Positions 20,533-34,651 of a DNA stretch of 64,000 nt are shown here, piece after piece. Source of the DNA: Dehalococcoidia bacterium (lineage in GTDB: Bacteria; Chloroflexota; Dehalococcoidia; Bin125). Made by a program: the position numbers and the translations under genes. The stretch covers positions 785,365 through 849,364 of the forward strand of contig OZ253504.1 of NCBI GenBank assembly GCA_965262235.1, in the 5' to 3' direction. The notes under the pieces were generated by a model. The model was not told the origin of the DNA. It worked only from the letters and a program-made list of their open reading frames with translations, and did no database searches. Position 1 is the first letter of the stretch. Every line of letters begins with the position of its first letter.

Positions 20533-21915
20533 CTACCTGTTGCCGTGTGGAATGGGTGGGGTCTGATCGTCAGGCCGGAACATCCAGCCCTGTACGGTTC
20601 CTAAGTTCTCCTGGTAGCTCGGAGCACGCAGAACTGCCCAACTCGCCGCTATCGACGTGAGCAACTCGCTCGGTTCGAATCCGAGCAGCGAAAGCGCGCT
20701 AGTGTGCCCAGTTCCGGCGTGATTACGCAGATCTTCGCCCCCGGAACCGGGACCGTCGCCGTCGACAAGCATGCCGTCGAGCCGATTAAGGAGCTCAGTT
20801 GCCAAGGCATATCTCTCGGGTGCTTCTCTCGCTTCCGGGTGCTTTCCCTGTACATTCCGTTCCAGCAGGCTGGCAACGTGGGATACCAACGCTAGCCGGT
20901 GCATGAATGGGGATTCGTAATCGGGGCACATTGCGCACATCTCGGGCTCGAACTTCGCTGCGGGTAGTGGCGTCTCATCGGGGCCTATGATGTGTTGTAG
21001 TGTGCTATGCACGGGCTCGAACCAGGAATCCAACTCGTGGTCATCCCATCCCATGAGGGATGAGTAGGCATGTAGCGTCTTCATATAGACCGACAATCCA
21101 ATGTCCAGAACGGTCAACGCCCTCTTAAGGAGGACTTCCGGTTCCTCCGAAATCGAAAACGCCATCAGGAAGGGCTGCGAATGGGTGGCGCCACTCAGCA
21201 CGCTGTACACGTCTTTCCAGTAAACCGGTTCACCCTGGCCTGCCAAGACGACTGCCTCTTTGTGACCGGGGATTTCAGAAATCCAACGGCTACGATTGAT
21301 GGACTTACCGTTCTGGCACTTCCAACCCTGGGCGATAGCCCACTGTAATGCCGTGTCTCTCACTTCCAGGCATGTCTCCCTCACGGCCGGATCGACCGTC
21401 ATGAAGCGACGGTACGAGCCTTGATCGTCTGGGAGTACGTTTAATATCTCGTGGCAGCCTCGCACGAGCATCTGGTTTGTGCGGCGAAGGCGGGTGTCAA
21501 GATCGAGACCGGGTTCAACCAACCAATAGCACGCCGCTGAAGCTTCGATCAGGGACCGTGTCAACGCCAACGAGGACCACCGGGCGTCCGGGCCAGTGTT
21601 CAAGGCGGCGTTCGTGGCTGCTTTCAGGTATTCGACGCCACTGTTGAGGAAACTCCTCGCAAAGTTGGTTGTGTATGTGAGCGTGGTCTTGTGATCGCCC
21701 AACGCCGCGTAGTCGGTCTCACATGCCCTTTCATGCAGCGAGAAGACGGAGCCAACTTCGGCCTCGCGATGGAAGTGGTGGAAGGAGTTCCAGACCAGGT
21801 CAAGGGCACGATTGAGGGCTGTCTGGAGCGTGATCTCCTGCAAGACATCCACCATGGAAGAACGGCTGGACACACGCACTCGTATCGGTTCGGCTGCACG
21901 GTCATCGGAGGGCAT
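20533..21915 (-). CDS. Hypothetical protein, DUF5677/HEPN-like helical domain plus C-terminal extension
   Basis: LTRSLIEASAACYWL and VYSVLSGATHS motifs; visibly lower GC; directly downstream of tRNA-Val; start uncertain. Confidence 0.55.
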   Translation of the reverse strand: MPSDDRAAEPIRVRVSSRSSMVDVLQEITLQTALNRALDLVWNSFHHFHREAEVGSVFSLHERACETDYAALGDHKTTLTYTTNFARSFLNSGVEYLKAATNAALNTGPDARWSSLALTRSLIEASAACYWLVEPGLDLDTRLRRTNQMLVRGCHEILNVLPDDQGSYRRFMTVDPAVRETCLEVRDTALQWAIAQGWKCQNGKSINRSRWISEIPGHKEAVVLAGQGEPVYWKDVYSVLSGATHSQPFLMAFSISEEPEVLLKRALTVLDIGLSVYMKTLHAYSSLMGWDDHELDSWFEPVHSTLQHIIGPDETPLPAAKFEPEMCAMCPDYESPFMHRLALVSHVASLLERNVQGKHPEAREAPERYALATELLNRLDGMLVDGDGPGSGGEDLRNHAGTGHTSALSLLGFEPSELLTSIAASWAVLRAPSYQENLGTVQGWMFRPDDQTPPIPHGNR

Positions 21916-21960
21916 GGCGGAACCTCTCGGTCGACGGCAGCCTCGCGTGTGCCGCAGTTC

Positions 21961-22037
21961 TGGTGGGCGATGGAGGACTCGAACCTCCGACCTCCCGGGT
22001 GTAAACCGGACGCTCTAGCCACCTGAGCTAATCGCCC
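21961..22037 (-). tRNA. tRNA-Val(TAC)
   Basis: GGGCGAT/ATCGCCC acceptor, anticodon loop TTTACAC, TTCGAGT, CCA. Confidence 0.95.
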
Positions 22038-22058
22038 CGACTCACGCTAGCGCAGCGC

Positions 22059-23261
22059 TCAGCTCGATCGCAGCGCGCTCTCCAGGTCATCCGCCGCCGC
22101 CCCGAACGCCGCCGCCGCCGCGTCCAGCAGCTGCCGCGCTGCGTCCAGCTCGCCTGGATCAGCACCCTCCACCGCCTCACGCACCATCGCCCCCGCATCC
22201 GTGATCGACCTCAGCCACGCCGCCACCTCAGCGTGCAGCGACGCCACCGCCGACGGCGCTTCCAGCTCCTCAGCCTCCGCCGCCAGCGCATCCCACACCC
22301 GCGTCTGCGCCACGATGTTCCGTTGCCAGCCCGGATCTCCGAACAGCGAGGGATTCGCCGCCCAGTCGTCGAGCAGACCGCTGCCCACCCCGAAGTTCGC
22401 CCGGCCGGAATCGATCAGGTTCAGCGCCTGCGCCGCATATTCCGGCGTCACCGGCGCCTCGCTCCGATCCGCCACTCCCTCCCCGAGCAGACCCGCCGCC
22501 AGCCCACGCATGTCCGCCAACGTGTGAATCCCCACGCGCACGTCCCGAATGATCCCCTCCGCGTCGATGTAGAACGTCGTCGGGCGACCGATCAGCACGT
22601 ACGGACCGTTCGTCAGCGCCGTCGTCGGGTCCAGCAGCACGACGTACTCCACGCCCGTACGCCCCTGGAACTCCACCGCCGTCTCCAGGTCCTCCCCGTC
22701 GTTGACGCCGATCATCGTCAGGCGATCACCGAATTCCTCATGCACGAGCTGGAAATCGGGCATCTCCTCGACACACGGAGCGCACCACGACGCCCAAAAG
22801 TTCAGAATCACCGGCCCGTCGACCTCTGAGAGCAGGAACGGCTCCCCATCCAGCGTCAGCAGCCGGAAGTCCGGCGCCTGGCCGCCCACGCGCGTCTCGT
22901 CGCCCTCGCGCTGCAGATAGCCCAACTGTGTCGCCGCGCGGAGCTGCTCCACCAGCGCGGCCGCCTCACGGCCGGCGCCGCTGTCCTCATCGCCCGCGTC
23001 CCGCAGCTCATCCAGCTCCAGCTCCGCGTCCGCCAGCTCGGCCTGCAGCCCCCGAAACATCGCCCCCGCGCCCTCCGAGACGTCGCCTGAGCCGCGCCCC
23101 AGAAACACCGGAATCACCGCCGCCGCCACCACCGCCGCGATCATCAGCACCCGATTGAGCGCATCCCGACGGCTGCGCGGACGCTCCAGCACCGCCAGCT
23201 GGACCGCCGGTAGGCCGATCCCGCGCAGCCGGCTCCAAATCGCCTTCAGCAGCGCGTTCAT
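22059..23261 (-). CDS. TlpA/ResA-like thiol-disulfide oxidoreductase, membrane-anchored
   Basis: LNFWASWCAPCVEEMP, GRPTTFYID; N-terminal transmembrane segment. Confidence 0.85.
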   Translation of the reverse strand: MNALLKAIWSRLRGIGLPAVQLAVLERPRSRRDALNRVLMIAAVVAAAVIPVFLGRGSGDVSEGAGAMFRGLQAELADAELELDELRDAGDEDSGAGREAAALVEQLRAATQLGYLQREGDETRVGGQAPDFRLLTLDGEPFLLSEVDGPVILNFWASWCAPCVEEMPDFQLVHEEFGDRLTMIGVNDGEDLETAVEFQGRTGVEYVVLLDPTTALTNGPYVLIGRPTTFYIDAEGIIRDVRVGIHTLADMRGLAAGLLGEGVADRSEAPVTPEYAAQALNLIDSGRANFGVGSGLLDDWAANPSLFGDPGWQRNIVAQTRVWDALAAEAEELEAPSAVASLHAEVAAWLRSITDAGAMVREAVEGADPGELDAARQLLDAAAAAFGAAADDLESALRSS

Positions 23262-23269
23262 CGGCGCTC

Positions 23270-23842
23270 CTAGTTGTTCTCGCCGAGGGATGAATGCCCC
23301 GGCCGCAGCACCCGACCGGCCGAGGCCTCGCCGACCGCCATGTTCCACAGCACCGCCGGATCGGCCGTCAGCAGGTCGAATCCCGCCGAGTCCAGCACCA
23401 ACCAACCGCCGGCGTCGATCTCCTCCTCCAGCTGGCCCGCGCCCCAGCCGGCGTAGCCCGAAAAGATGCGCATATCGCTGATGATCCCCAGCAGCTCCGT
23501 CGGATCGCGGCTCAGGTCAACCATGCCGAACTGCTCCGAGAGTGGCGTGAACGCGCCCTGCGGCGCTGCGATCCCCGAAGGCCTCGCCAGCGCGATCGCC
23601 GCCGTGCGTTCGACCGGCCCACCGCTGAAGATCACTTTCGGGGCGCTGATCAGCTCGCTCCACTTCGGCGCCGCCTGCTCGATCGTGACCGTGGTCGGCC
23701 GATTCAGCACCACGCCCAGCACGCCCTCGCCGTGCTCCAGGATCAGCACCACGGTGCGAAAGAAATTCGGATCGCCCAGGTTCTGCGAGGCCGCCACCAG
23801 CCGGCCGCGCAACGACGCCGAGGGATGTCTGGGTACCGCCAT
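23270..23842 (-). CDS. YqgE/AlgH (DUF179) family protein
   Basis: DPNFFRTVVLILEH, GVVLNRP, GGPVE, GYAGWGAGQLEEEI. Confidence 0.9.
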   Translation of the reverse strand: MAVPRHPSASLRGRLVAASQNLGDPNFFRTVVLILEHGEGVLGVVLNRPTTVTIEQAAPKWSELISAPKVIFSGGPVERTAAIALARPSGIAAPQGAFTPLSEQFGMVDLSRDPTELLGIISDMRIFSGYAGWGAGQLEEEIDAGGWLVLDSAGFDLLTADPAVLWNMAVGEASAGRVLRPGHSSLGENN

Positions 23843-24042
23843 CCGGACCTGCTCCCCTCCGCGGTCGCAGCCTCGGCGCAACGTGGGCGCAGCTTGGTCG
23901 CAGCCTCTGTGGCTCGTCTCCCATGGTATGAGCACCCGGCCGCTCCGGCGCACCCACCGACCGATTCGAGCATCTCACGCGTTTGCCACAACACGCCGCG
24001 ACGCGATAGCGTGGCCCAGTCCGTAGGCGTGTCTGCGAGCGT

Positions 24043-24118
24043 GGCAGCGTAGCTCAGTTGGCAGAGCAGGGGACTCATAAGCCCCGTGTCGCAGGTTCGA
24101 GTCCTGCCGCTGCTACCA
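24043..24118 (+). tRNA. tRNA with CAT anticodon (elongator Met or Ile2)
   Basis: GGCAGCG/CGCTGCT acceptor, CTCATAA loop, TTCGAGT, CCA; no initiator features. Confidence 0.9.
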
Positions 24119-24174
24119 GCCGCGCTACGCTCTGCAGACCATGCCTCGACCGCACCAAATCTCGCGATTCGCGG

Positions 24175-24251
24175 GGGCGATTAGCTCAGCTGGCTAGAGC
24201 GTTCGGTTCACATCCGAGAGGCCGCAGGTTCAAGTCCTGCATCGCCCACCA
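24175..24251 (+). tRNA. tRNA-Val(CAC)
   Basis: GGGCGAT/ATCGCCC acceptor, TTCACAT loop, CCA. Confidence 0.93.
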
Positions 24252-24301
24252 GCCCCTGCCAGCCGACCGCGAGCGCGGCGCGATCGAGGACTGCGACATG
24301 T

Positions 24302-24388
<87 letters not shown>

Positions 24389-24509
24389 CCCCCTCCCCTC
24401 CGTTCCGCGAACTTGGCCAAGCGTGCCAGCCGCCCTCCTGCGAGGGGAGCGATGGTGAGCGGCGGTCGCGAGGGCTGTGTGGAGCGCGCAAAGTGGGTGT
24501 GCTGAGCTC

Positions 24510-24869
24510 ATGACACAGCGGACGCAGTATCACGACGCAACCGGACGCGAATTCCTGGCCAAGGCGTGGGCGTATCTGGCCGAGGACGATCTGCTCCAGG
24601 CGTCGGAGAAGGGCTGGGGCGCCGCCGCGCGGATGGTCAAGGCCGCCGCCGAGGCCAGAAGCTGGCGGCACAGCAGCCACCGAGACCTCTACCAGGCGAT
24701 CGACAGGTTGGCGGCGGAAGCAGATGATCCGCAGATCCTGCGCCTGTTCAACTCGGCGGGCGCTCTGCACACGAACTTCTACGAGGGCTGGATGACCCGC
24801 AACTCCGTGGATGCCGGACTCACCGAAGTTGAGCAGTTGGTCCGCAAACTGGACGCGCTGGAGATGTAG
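24510..24869 (+). CDS. PaREP1-family (HEPN-like) protein, copy 1
   Basis: LLQASEKGWGAAA..VKA ... ALHTNFYEG. Confidence 0.75.
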   Translation: MTQRTQYHDATGREFLAKAWAYLAEDDLLQASEKGWGAAARMVKAAAEARSWRHSSHRDLYQAIDRLAAEADDPQILRLFNSAGALHTNFYEGWMTRNSVDAGLTEVEQLVRKLDALEM

Positions 24870-24954
24870 CACCGCCCCTCAGTCCCCTTGACTGACGCGC
24901 GGGCAACGACGATGCGCCGTCGCCTGCGCGGCCTCGGTGTACGCCGATCCGCGT

Positions 24955-25031
24955 GCGCCCGTAGCTCAGCGGATTAGAGCGCTGCCCTGCGGAGGCAGAG
25001 GCCGCAGGTTCGAGTCCCTCCGTCGGCACCA
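24955..25031 (+). pseudogene. Chimeric tRNA: 5' part from tRNA-Arg(GCG), 3' part from tRNA-Leu(CAG)
   Basis: Identical to the tRNA at 25599 through GGTTCGAGTCC, then CTCCGTCGGCACCA of tRNA-Leu; acceptor and T stems mispaired. Confidence 0.9.
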
Positions 25032-25153
25032 CCCCCCTCCTGTGCGTTCCGCGAACTTAGCCAGGCGCGCCAACCGCCCCCCTGCAACGGGAGCGATGGT
25101 GAGCGGCGGTCGCGAGGGCTGTGTGGAGCGCGCAAAGTGGGTATGCTGAGCTC

Positions 25154-25513
25154 ATGACACAGCGGACGCAGTACCACGACGCAACCAGGCGCGAATTCCT
25201 GGCCAAGGCGCGAACGTATCTGGCCGAGGACGATCTGCTCCAGGCTTCGGAGAAGGGCTGGGGCGCCGCCGCGCGGATGGTCAAGGCCGCCGCCGAGGCC
25301 AGAGGCTGGCGGCACAACGGACACGCCGAACTCTATCGGGCGATCGACAGGTTGGCGGCGGAAGCAGGTGATCCTCAATTGCGTGTGCTCTTCGCCTCCG
25401 CCAGCGCACTACACATGAACTTCTACGAGGGCTGGATGCCACGCGCGATGGTCGAGTCGTCTCTGAGCCAGGTCGAGGACTTTGTGGCCAAGCTGGACGC
25501 GCTGGAGACGTAG
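25154..25513 (+). CDS. PaREP1-family (HEPN-like) protein, copy 2
   Basis: Paralog exactly 644 bp downstream of copy 1. Confidence 0.75.
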   Translation: MTQRTQYHDATRREFLAKARTYLAEDDLLQASEKGWGAAARMVKAAAEARGWRHNGHAELYRAIDRLAAEAGDPQLRVLFASASALHMNFYEGWMPRAMVESSLSQVEDFVAKLDALET

Positions 25514-25598
25514 CGCCGGCCCTGAGTCGCCTTGACTGACGCGTCGGCGACGAAGATGCGCCGTCGCCTGCGCGGCCTCGGTGTACGATGGCCAACGT

Positions 25599-25675
25599 GC
25601 GCCCGTAGCTCAGCGGATTAGAGCGCTGCCCTGCGGAGGCAGAGGCCGCAGGTTCGAGTCCTGCCGGGCGCGCCA
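25599..25675 (+). tRNA. tRNA-Arg(GCG)
   Basis: GCGCCCG/CGGGCGC acceptor, CTGCC-CTGCGGA-GGCAG, CCA. Confidence 0.92.
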
Positions 25676-25741
25676 CCCCTCTCCGCCCCACTCCTCTCCG
25701 CCCCACCTCCCTCACCTCACCGACCGACCTACCCTGATCTC

Positions 25742-27712
25742 GTGACCACCGATCAGCTGCGCGCCCAGGTCGCCGCACAAGTCGCCGCTCTGCCGACCAA
25801 GCCCGGCGTCTACACCTTCCGCGACGCCGCGGGCCGCGTCATCTACGTCGGCAAGGCCGCAAACCTCCGCTCCCGCGTCCGCTCCTACTTCGGCTCGCCG
25901 CGCGCGCTCGAGGGCAAGACCCGCCAGCTCGCCGCCAAAATCGCCCAGCTCGACATCGTCACGACCCGCACCGAGCAGGACGCCCTCCACCTCGAAGCCA
26001 CGCTCGTCAAGCGCCACCAGCCGTTCTTCAACGTCCGCCTCAAGGACGACAAGCACTACCCCTACCTCAAGGTCGATGTCGACTCGCCCTGGCCGCGCGT
26101 CACCATCACCCGCCGCGTCCAGAACGACGGCGCTCGCTACTTCGGCCCCTACGCCTCCGCTAAATCAATCCGCACCTCGCTCGACCTCGTCAAGAAACTC
26201 TTCCCCTGGCGCTCCTGCGACAAGGAGATCACCGGCTCCGACCCGCGTCCCTGCCTCGAGTACTACATCCGCCGCTGCATCGCCCCCTGCACCTCCTACT
26301 GCACGCCCGACGAGTACCGCGAAGTGATCGACCAGACCATGCTCTTCCTCGACGGCAAAAGCTCCGTCGTCGTCGAGCAGCTCAGCGACGCGATGGGCGA
26401 GGCCGCCGAAGAGCTCAACTTCGAGCGCGCTGCGATCCTCCGCGACCAGCTCTCCGCCGTCCAACGCGTCACCGAGCAGCAACTCACCGCCGACTCAACC
26501 GAATCTGAAATCGACGCGTTCGGCATCGCGGTCGACGGCGACGAAGCCGTCGTCCAGGTGCTCTTCATCCGCGGCCAGAAGATGACCGGCAGCGACCATT
26601 TCTCGCTCGCCGGCGTGAAGGACGAGCCGCTCGAGACCGTGCTCGCCTCCTTCCTGCGTCAGTACTACGAAGGCGCTGTGCAGGTTCCCCGGCTCGTCCT
26701 GATTCCCAACACCGTCGACCAGATCGAACTGCTCAACGGCCTGCTCGCCGAGAAACGCGGCAGCGCCGTCGAGATCCGCCACGCGCAGCGCGGCGAGAAA
26801 CGACGCCTCGTCGAAATGGCCACCGAGAACGCCCGCGAAGCGCTCGACATGCAGCGCGTCCGCTGGATGGCCGACCGCGGCCACACCGCCGCCGCCCTCG
26901 CCGAGGTCGAGCAGGCGCTCGCGCTGCCCGCCCCGCCCAACCGCATCGAGTGCTACGACATCTCCCACAACCAGGGCGACAGCACCGTCGCCTCGATGGT
27001 CGTCTTCCTCGATGGACGCCCCGCCACCCGCGAATACCGACGCTTCAAAATCAAATCCGTCGACGGCCCCGACGACTTCACCTCGATGGCAGAAGTGATC
27101 CGTCGCCGCTTCCGGCGTTTGGGCGAGCTTCGCCAGGCCGAGGCCGCCAGGGGCTACGACATCCCCGCCGACCTCGCCAACACCAACACGGCAGCCGCGG
27201 CCAACGGCCAATCCGATCCCTCGGCCAACCGCGACGCCGACGCCGATGCCGACGCCGCAGAGCAATCCACCGACGAGGGCTGGGGCGCCATCCCCGACCT
27301 CGTCATCGTCGACGGCGGTCGCGGCCAGGTCTCCGCCGCGCACGACGTCATGCGCAATCTCGCCGTCGACGACATCCCGCTCGCCGGCCTCGCCAAGCGC
27401 GAGGAGCTGCTCTACGTCGTCGACACCGCCGAACCGATCCGCCTCGACCGCCGCTCGCAGGGCCTCTATCTGGTCCAGCGCATCCGCGACGAAGCCCACC
27501 GCTTCGCAATCACCTACCACCGGCGCCTGCGCCGGCAGCGCGTCACCGAGAGCCCGCTCGACCGCATCCGCGGCATCGGCCCCACTCGCAAGAAGGCCCT
27601 GCTGCGCAAATTCGGCTCGCTGCAGGCCATCCGCGACGCCTCAGTCGCCGACATTGCGTCAACTCCGGGCATGACGAAACGCGTCGCCGAGCAGATCAAG
27701 ACAGAACTCTGA
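25742..27712 (+). CDS. uvrC: Excinuclease ABC subunit C
   Basis: GIY-YIG (PGVY..IYVGKA), FERAA..RD, IECYDISH, DGGRGQ, RDEAHRFA, HhH. Confidence 0.97.
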   Translation: MTTDQLRAQVAAQVAALPTKPGVYTFRDAAGRVIYVGKAANLRSRVRSYFGSPRALEGKTRQLAAKIAQLDIVTTRTEQDALHLEATLVKRHQPFFNVRLKDDKHYPYLKVDVDSPWPRVTITRRVQNDGARYFGPYASAKSIRTSLDLVKKLFPWRSCDKEITGSDPRPCLEYYIRRCIAPCTSYCTPDEYREVIDQTMLFLDGKSSVVVEQLSDAMGEAAEELNFERAAILRDQLSAVQRVTEQQLTADSTESEIDAFGIAVDGDEAVVQVLFIRGQKMTGSDHFSLAGVKDEPLETVLASFLRQYYEGAVQVPRLVLIPNTVDQIELLNGLLAEKRGSAVEIRHAQRGEKRRLVEMATENAREALDMQRVRWMADRGHTAAALAEVEQALALPAPPNRIECYDISHNQGDSTVASMVVFLDGRPATREYRRFKIKSVDGPDDFTSMAEVIRRRFRRLGELRQAEAARGYDIPADLANTNTAAAANGQSDPSANRDADADADAAEQSTDEGWGAIPDLVIVDGGRGQVSAAHDVMRNLAVDDIPLAGLAKREELLYVVDTAEPIRLDRRSQGLYLVQRIRDEAHRFAITYHRRLRRQRVTESPLDRIRGIGPTRKKALLRKFGSLQAIRDASVADIASTPGMTKRVAEQIKTEL

Positions 27713-27975
27713 GCGCCTCGTCAGCTCCACCGTGGACAGCTCCGCGCTCCATCCACGGGACCGTCCACGGCATCTTCCAGTCCCCCGGCGACCGCCGCCC
27801 GACTGCCGCGAACGCGTAAAGCCTGCCCATTCTTCGCGCCGATCGCTTGTTCCGGCAGTGCCCGCATCGCTAAAGCGGAATTGGCGATTCCACGGTCTCC
27901 ACAGCTTCCCGCGTGGATGCTGTCGGCGCCCGTTGGCGATCTGCACGCCCCCATATGAAGGTAGGAGCCCAGCGA

Positions 27976-30355
<2,380 letters not shown>

Positions 30356-30375
30356 GCCTGCGATACCATTAGGAC

Positions 30376-30906
30376 GTGACCGCTTCCGCTTCCGCCGCGC
30401 CCACGCACGAAGCCCTACGCCGCTGGTGGCGCGAGGGCGTGGGCGGCCCGCTGCTCTACCAACAGCTCCGCCGCGCCGGCCCCGAAGGCTGGTCCGCAGC
30501 GCGCGCTCGCATCCCCGAGGACGACGGCCCCGAGCCGCTGCCCGCGCCCGATCGCCCGCCCGCCCGCATGATCGACCTGCCCGAGGTCCTCGCCCTCCGC
30601 GCTCTCCTGCAGGACCGCCGCGTCGCCTTCGACACCGTCGAGCGCTGGATCCGCGCCCTCACCCAGTCGGCCCGCAGCCTCGACGAGACCCGCCCGCTCG
30701 AATGGAGCGCCGACCACGTCGCACAACGCTGCGCCGACCTCGCGCACGGCGCGCAGGGCAGCCTCTGGTCGACCCTCGAAGTCGTTCGCGAACTCTGGGA
30801 GTGGCACCCCGACCGGCCGTTCGTCGAAACCCAGAGCCGGCGCTTGCTCGTCTTCCTCGAAGAAGTGATGCACCACGGTCAGGCCGACCAGAGCCGTGAC
30901 CGCTGA
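30376..30906 (+). CDS. Hypothetical protein
   Basis: Host-like codon usage; TACCAT 6 nt before the GTG; overlaps the next gene. Confidence 0.55.
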   Translation: MTASASAAPTHEALRRWWREGVGGPLLYQQLRRAGPEGWSAARARIPEDDGPEPLPAPDRPPARMIDLPEVLALRALLQDRRVAFDTVERWIRALTQSARSLDETRPLEWSADHVAQRCADLAHGAQGSLWSTLEVVRELWEWHPDRPFVETQSRRLLVFLEEVMHHGQADQSRDR

Positions 30907-31795
30907 ACCCTCCGACCCACAGCGCCCGCCACCTGCTCAGCGCATCTCTGGGATCACGTTCCCCGCGGAGCCCCCGGGCCTGCCCAAACCGCGCGACGAC
31001 GAGCCTCAGATCGTCCGCGACGCCTTCCGCGAAACCTCCTTCGCCCTCTCAACCGACATCCGCTGGCTGCTCGACGCCCTCCGCCTGCAGCACCGCATCG
31101 TCGAGCAGAGCAGCCACAGCCGCTACCGCAACCGCCGCTTCGCCTCCGCGCTGCTCTTCTGGTCGCGCGTCCACCGCGCCGGCGTCGACCTCCTCGCGCT
31201 GACCAGCCGCGCCTCCTACAGCAGCTGCCCCCCGCTGATCCGCGCCGCGCTCGAAAACCTCGGCGCCGAACAGGCCGTCGTCGGCGACGAACAGGTCGAG
31301 TTCGAAGATTGGCTGCGCGACGCCTGGCAGACCAACCCCGACCATCACGCCACCGACATCGGCATGGGCCAGTACATGGCCGGCCAGCAGATCGCGATGG
31401 CCGCCGACACCGCCGACGCCTACCGCGCCGTCTCCGAACTGTCCCGCCCCCACTTCGGCCCCTCGGCGCTGTTCAACGCCGCGGAGTCGCACGATAAGCG
31501 ACTCGCGCTCAACTGGGCCGACCAGCATTTCCACCACGGCTGGGCGCAGCTGCTCTTTGGCTGGCAGATCACCATGCAAGACCGCCAGTGCCGCTTCGCG
31601 ATCGGCTGCGGCCTCTTCGGCGTCGAAGCCGCTGACCGAGCCGAGTACCAGCGCCTCCACCGCCAGCGCGAAACCCTGCTCAACGCGCGCGACCGCTGCA
31701 CCGCGCAGTGGATCGTCGATCAGGGCCGCCAGCGCCTGCTGATCGACAACTTCCGCCGTCAGCCCTCCGCCGCCCCCAAGCGCCTGATCCTCTAA
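30896..31795 (+). CDS. Hypothetical helical protein
   Basis: 299-aa ORF with host-like codon usage. Confidence 0.65.
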   Translation: MTAEPSDPQRPPPAQRISGITFPAEPPGLPKPRDDEPQIVRDAFRETSFALSTDIRWLLDALRLQHRIVEQSSHSRYRNRRFASALLFWSRVHRAGVDLLALTSRASYSSCPPLIRAALENLGAEQAVVGDEQVEFEDWLRDAWQTNPDHHATDIGMGQYMAGQQIAMAADTADAYRAVSELSRPHFGPSALFNAAESHDKRLALNWADQHFHHGWAQLLFGWQITMQDRQCRFAIGCGLFGVEAADRAEYQRLHRQRETLLNARDRCTAQWIVDQGRQRLLIDNFRRQPSAAPKRLIL

Positions 31796-31913
31796 CCACA
31801 CCCCCAATCCCCACGATTCCCCCTCCGCAGTTGTCCGCATCCCCCACCTCTGGCAACCTGCGTACAGCGCGAGCGCCCACGAGACCCACCGGACCGACAG
31901 GAAGAGCACCAAC

Positions 31914-32936
31914 GTGGTCACCAAAATCGGCATCAATGGCTTCGGCCGGATCGGACGGCAGGTCCTCAAGGGCATGCTCGACTTCCATCAGGACGAGCTC
32001 GAAGTCGTCGCCATCAACGACCTCACCGACCCCGAGACCAACGCCCACCTCTTCAAGTTCGACACCAACTACGGTCGCTACCCCGGCACGGTCGAAGTCA
32101 TTGACGGCGACCTGGTGATCGACGGCCACCGCCTCGCCGTGCTCTCCGAGCGCGACCCCGGCCAGATCCCCTGGGGCGACCATGGCGTCCAGATCGTCGT
32201 CGAAAGCACCGGCATCTTCACCGACGCCGACAAAGCCCGCGGACACCTCAACCACGGCCCCAGCAAGGTCGTGATCTCCGCCCCGGCCAAGAACGAGGAC
32301 CTCACCATGGTGCTCGGCGTCAACGACGCCGTCTACGACGCCGCCATGCACCACGTCGTCTCCAACGCGTCCTGCACCACCAACTGCCTCGCCCCGGTCG
32401 CCAAAGTGCTCGACGACACAGTCGGCATCAAGTCCGGCATTATGTCCACCATCCACGCCTACACCAACGACCAGGCGATCCTCGACACCGTCCACAGCGA
32501 CCTGCGACGCTCCCGCGCCGCCGCGATGAACATCATCCCCACCTCCACCGGCGCGGCCAAAGCCGTCGGCCTCGTCCTGCCCCACCTCAACGGCAAGCTC
32601 AACGGCATGGCCTACCGCGTGCCCACCAGCACCGTCTCCGTCGTCGACCTCGTGATCGACGCCCAGCGACCCACCACCGCCGAAGAGATCAACGCCGCCT
32701 TCGAGAAGGCCGCCACCGACCGCGAATCGCCGCTCTTCGGCATCCTCGAATACGAAACCCAGCCGCTCGTCAGCAGCGACTTCAAGGGCAGCCCCGCCTC
32801 CACGATCATCGACGCGCTCAGCACCATGGTGCTCGAAGGCACCCAGGTCAAAGTCGTCGCCTGGTACGACAACGAGTGGGGCTACAGCGTCCGCGTCGGC
32901 GACCTCTGCGTCCGCATGGCCCAGGCCGGCCTCTAG
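31914..32936 (+). CDS. gap: Type I glyceraldehyde-3-phosphate dehydrogenase
   Basis: [30 protein letters not shown]. Confidence 0.98.
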   Translation: MVTKIGINGFGRIGRQVLKGMLDFHQDELEVVAINDLTDPETNAHLFKFDTNYGRYPGTVEVIDGDLVIDGHRLAVLSERDPGQIPWGDHGVQIVVESTGIFTDADKARGHLNHGPSKVVISAPAKNEDLTMVLGVNDAVYDAAMHHVVSNASCTTNCLAPVAKVLDDTVGIKSGIMSTIHAYTNDQAILDTVHSDLRRSRAAAMNIIPTSTGAAKAVGLVLPHLNGKLNGMAYRVPTSTVSVVDLVIDAQRPTTAEEINAAFEKAATDRESPLFGILEYETQPLVSSDFKGSPASTIIDALSTMVLEGTQVKVVAWYDNEWGYSVRVGDLCVRMAQAGL

Positions 32937-33174
32937 GAAACCTCTGAACCACCCTGATCCCCTCTCCCCCGCGGATCCCCTCTCCCCCGCGGATCCCCTC
33001 TCCCCCGCGGATCCCCTCTCCCCCCGCTCTGCGGGGGGAGATGTCACGGAGTGACAGAGGGGGGCCCCGCCCTGTCCCGCCAGATACAGCAACGGCAGGA
33101 GTCGGCGCCGCAGCCCCCCTCTGCCTTCGGCATCTCCCCCCGCAGAGCGGGGGGAGAGTTGTTCAGATGATGCT
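32936..33174. mobile_element. MITE-like element with imperfect TIRs, an 18-bp tandem stutter and two inverted REP hairpins
   Basis: GGAAACCTCTGAAC...GTTCAGATGATGC ends; (GATCCCCTCTCCCCCGCG)x3 at 32956-33009; begins at the gap stop codon. Confidence 0.65.
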
Positions 33175-33252
33175 GAGAACGACAAACATGGCGCGCGCGA
33201 GGGCCACGAAATCCCCTGGCGAGCCCGCCTGAACAGGCGCTAACCTTTCCCC

Positions 33253-34590
<1,338 letters not shown>

Positions 34591-34651
34591 ACGCGCGCCA
34601 GAAGCAAACTCAGGCTAAGCTCAAGTCAAGACACCCTCGGAGGTACTACAC

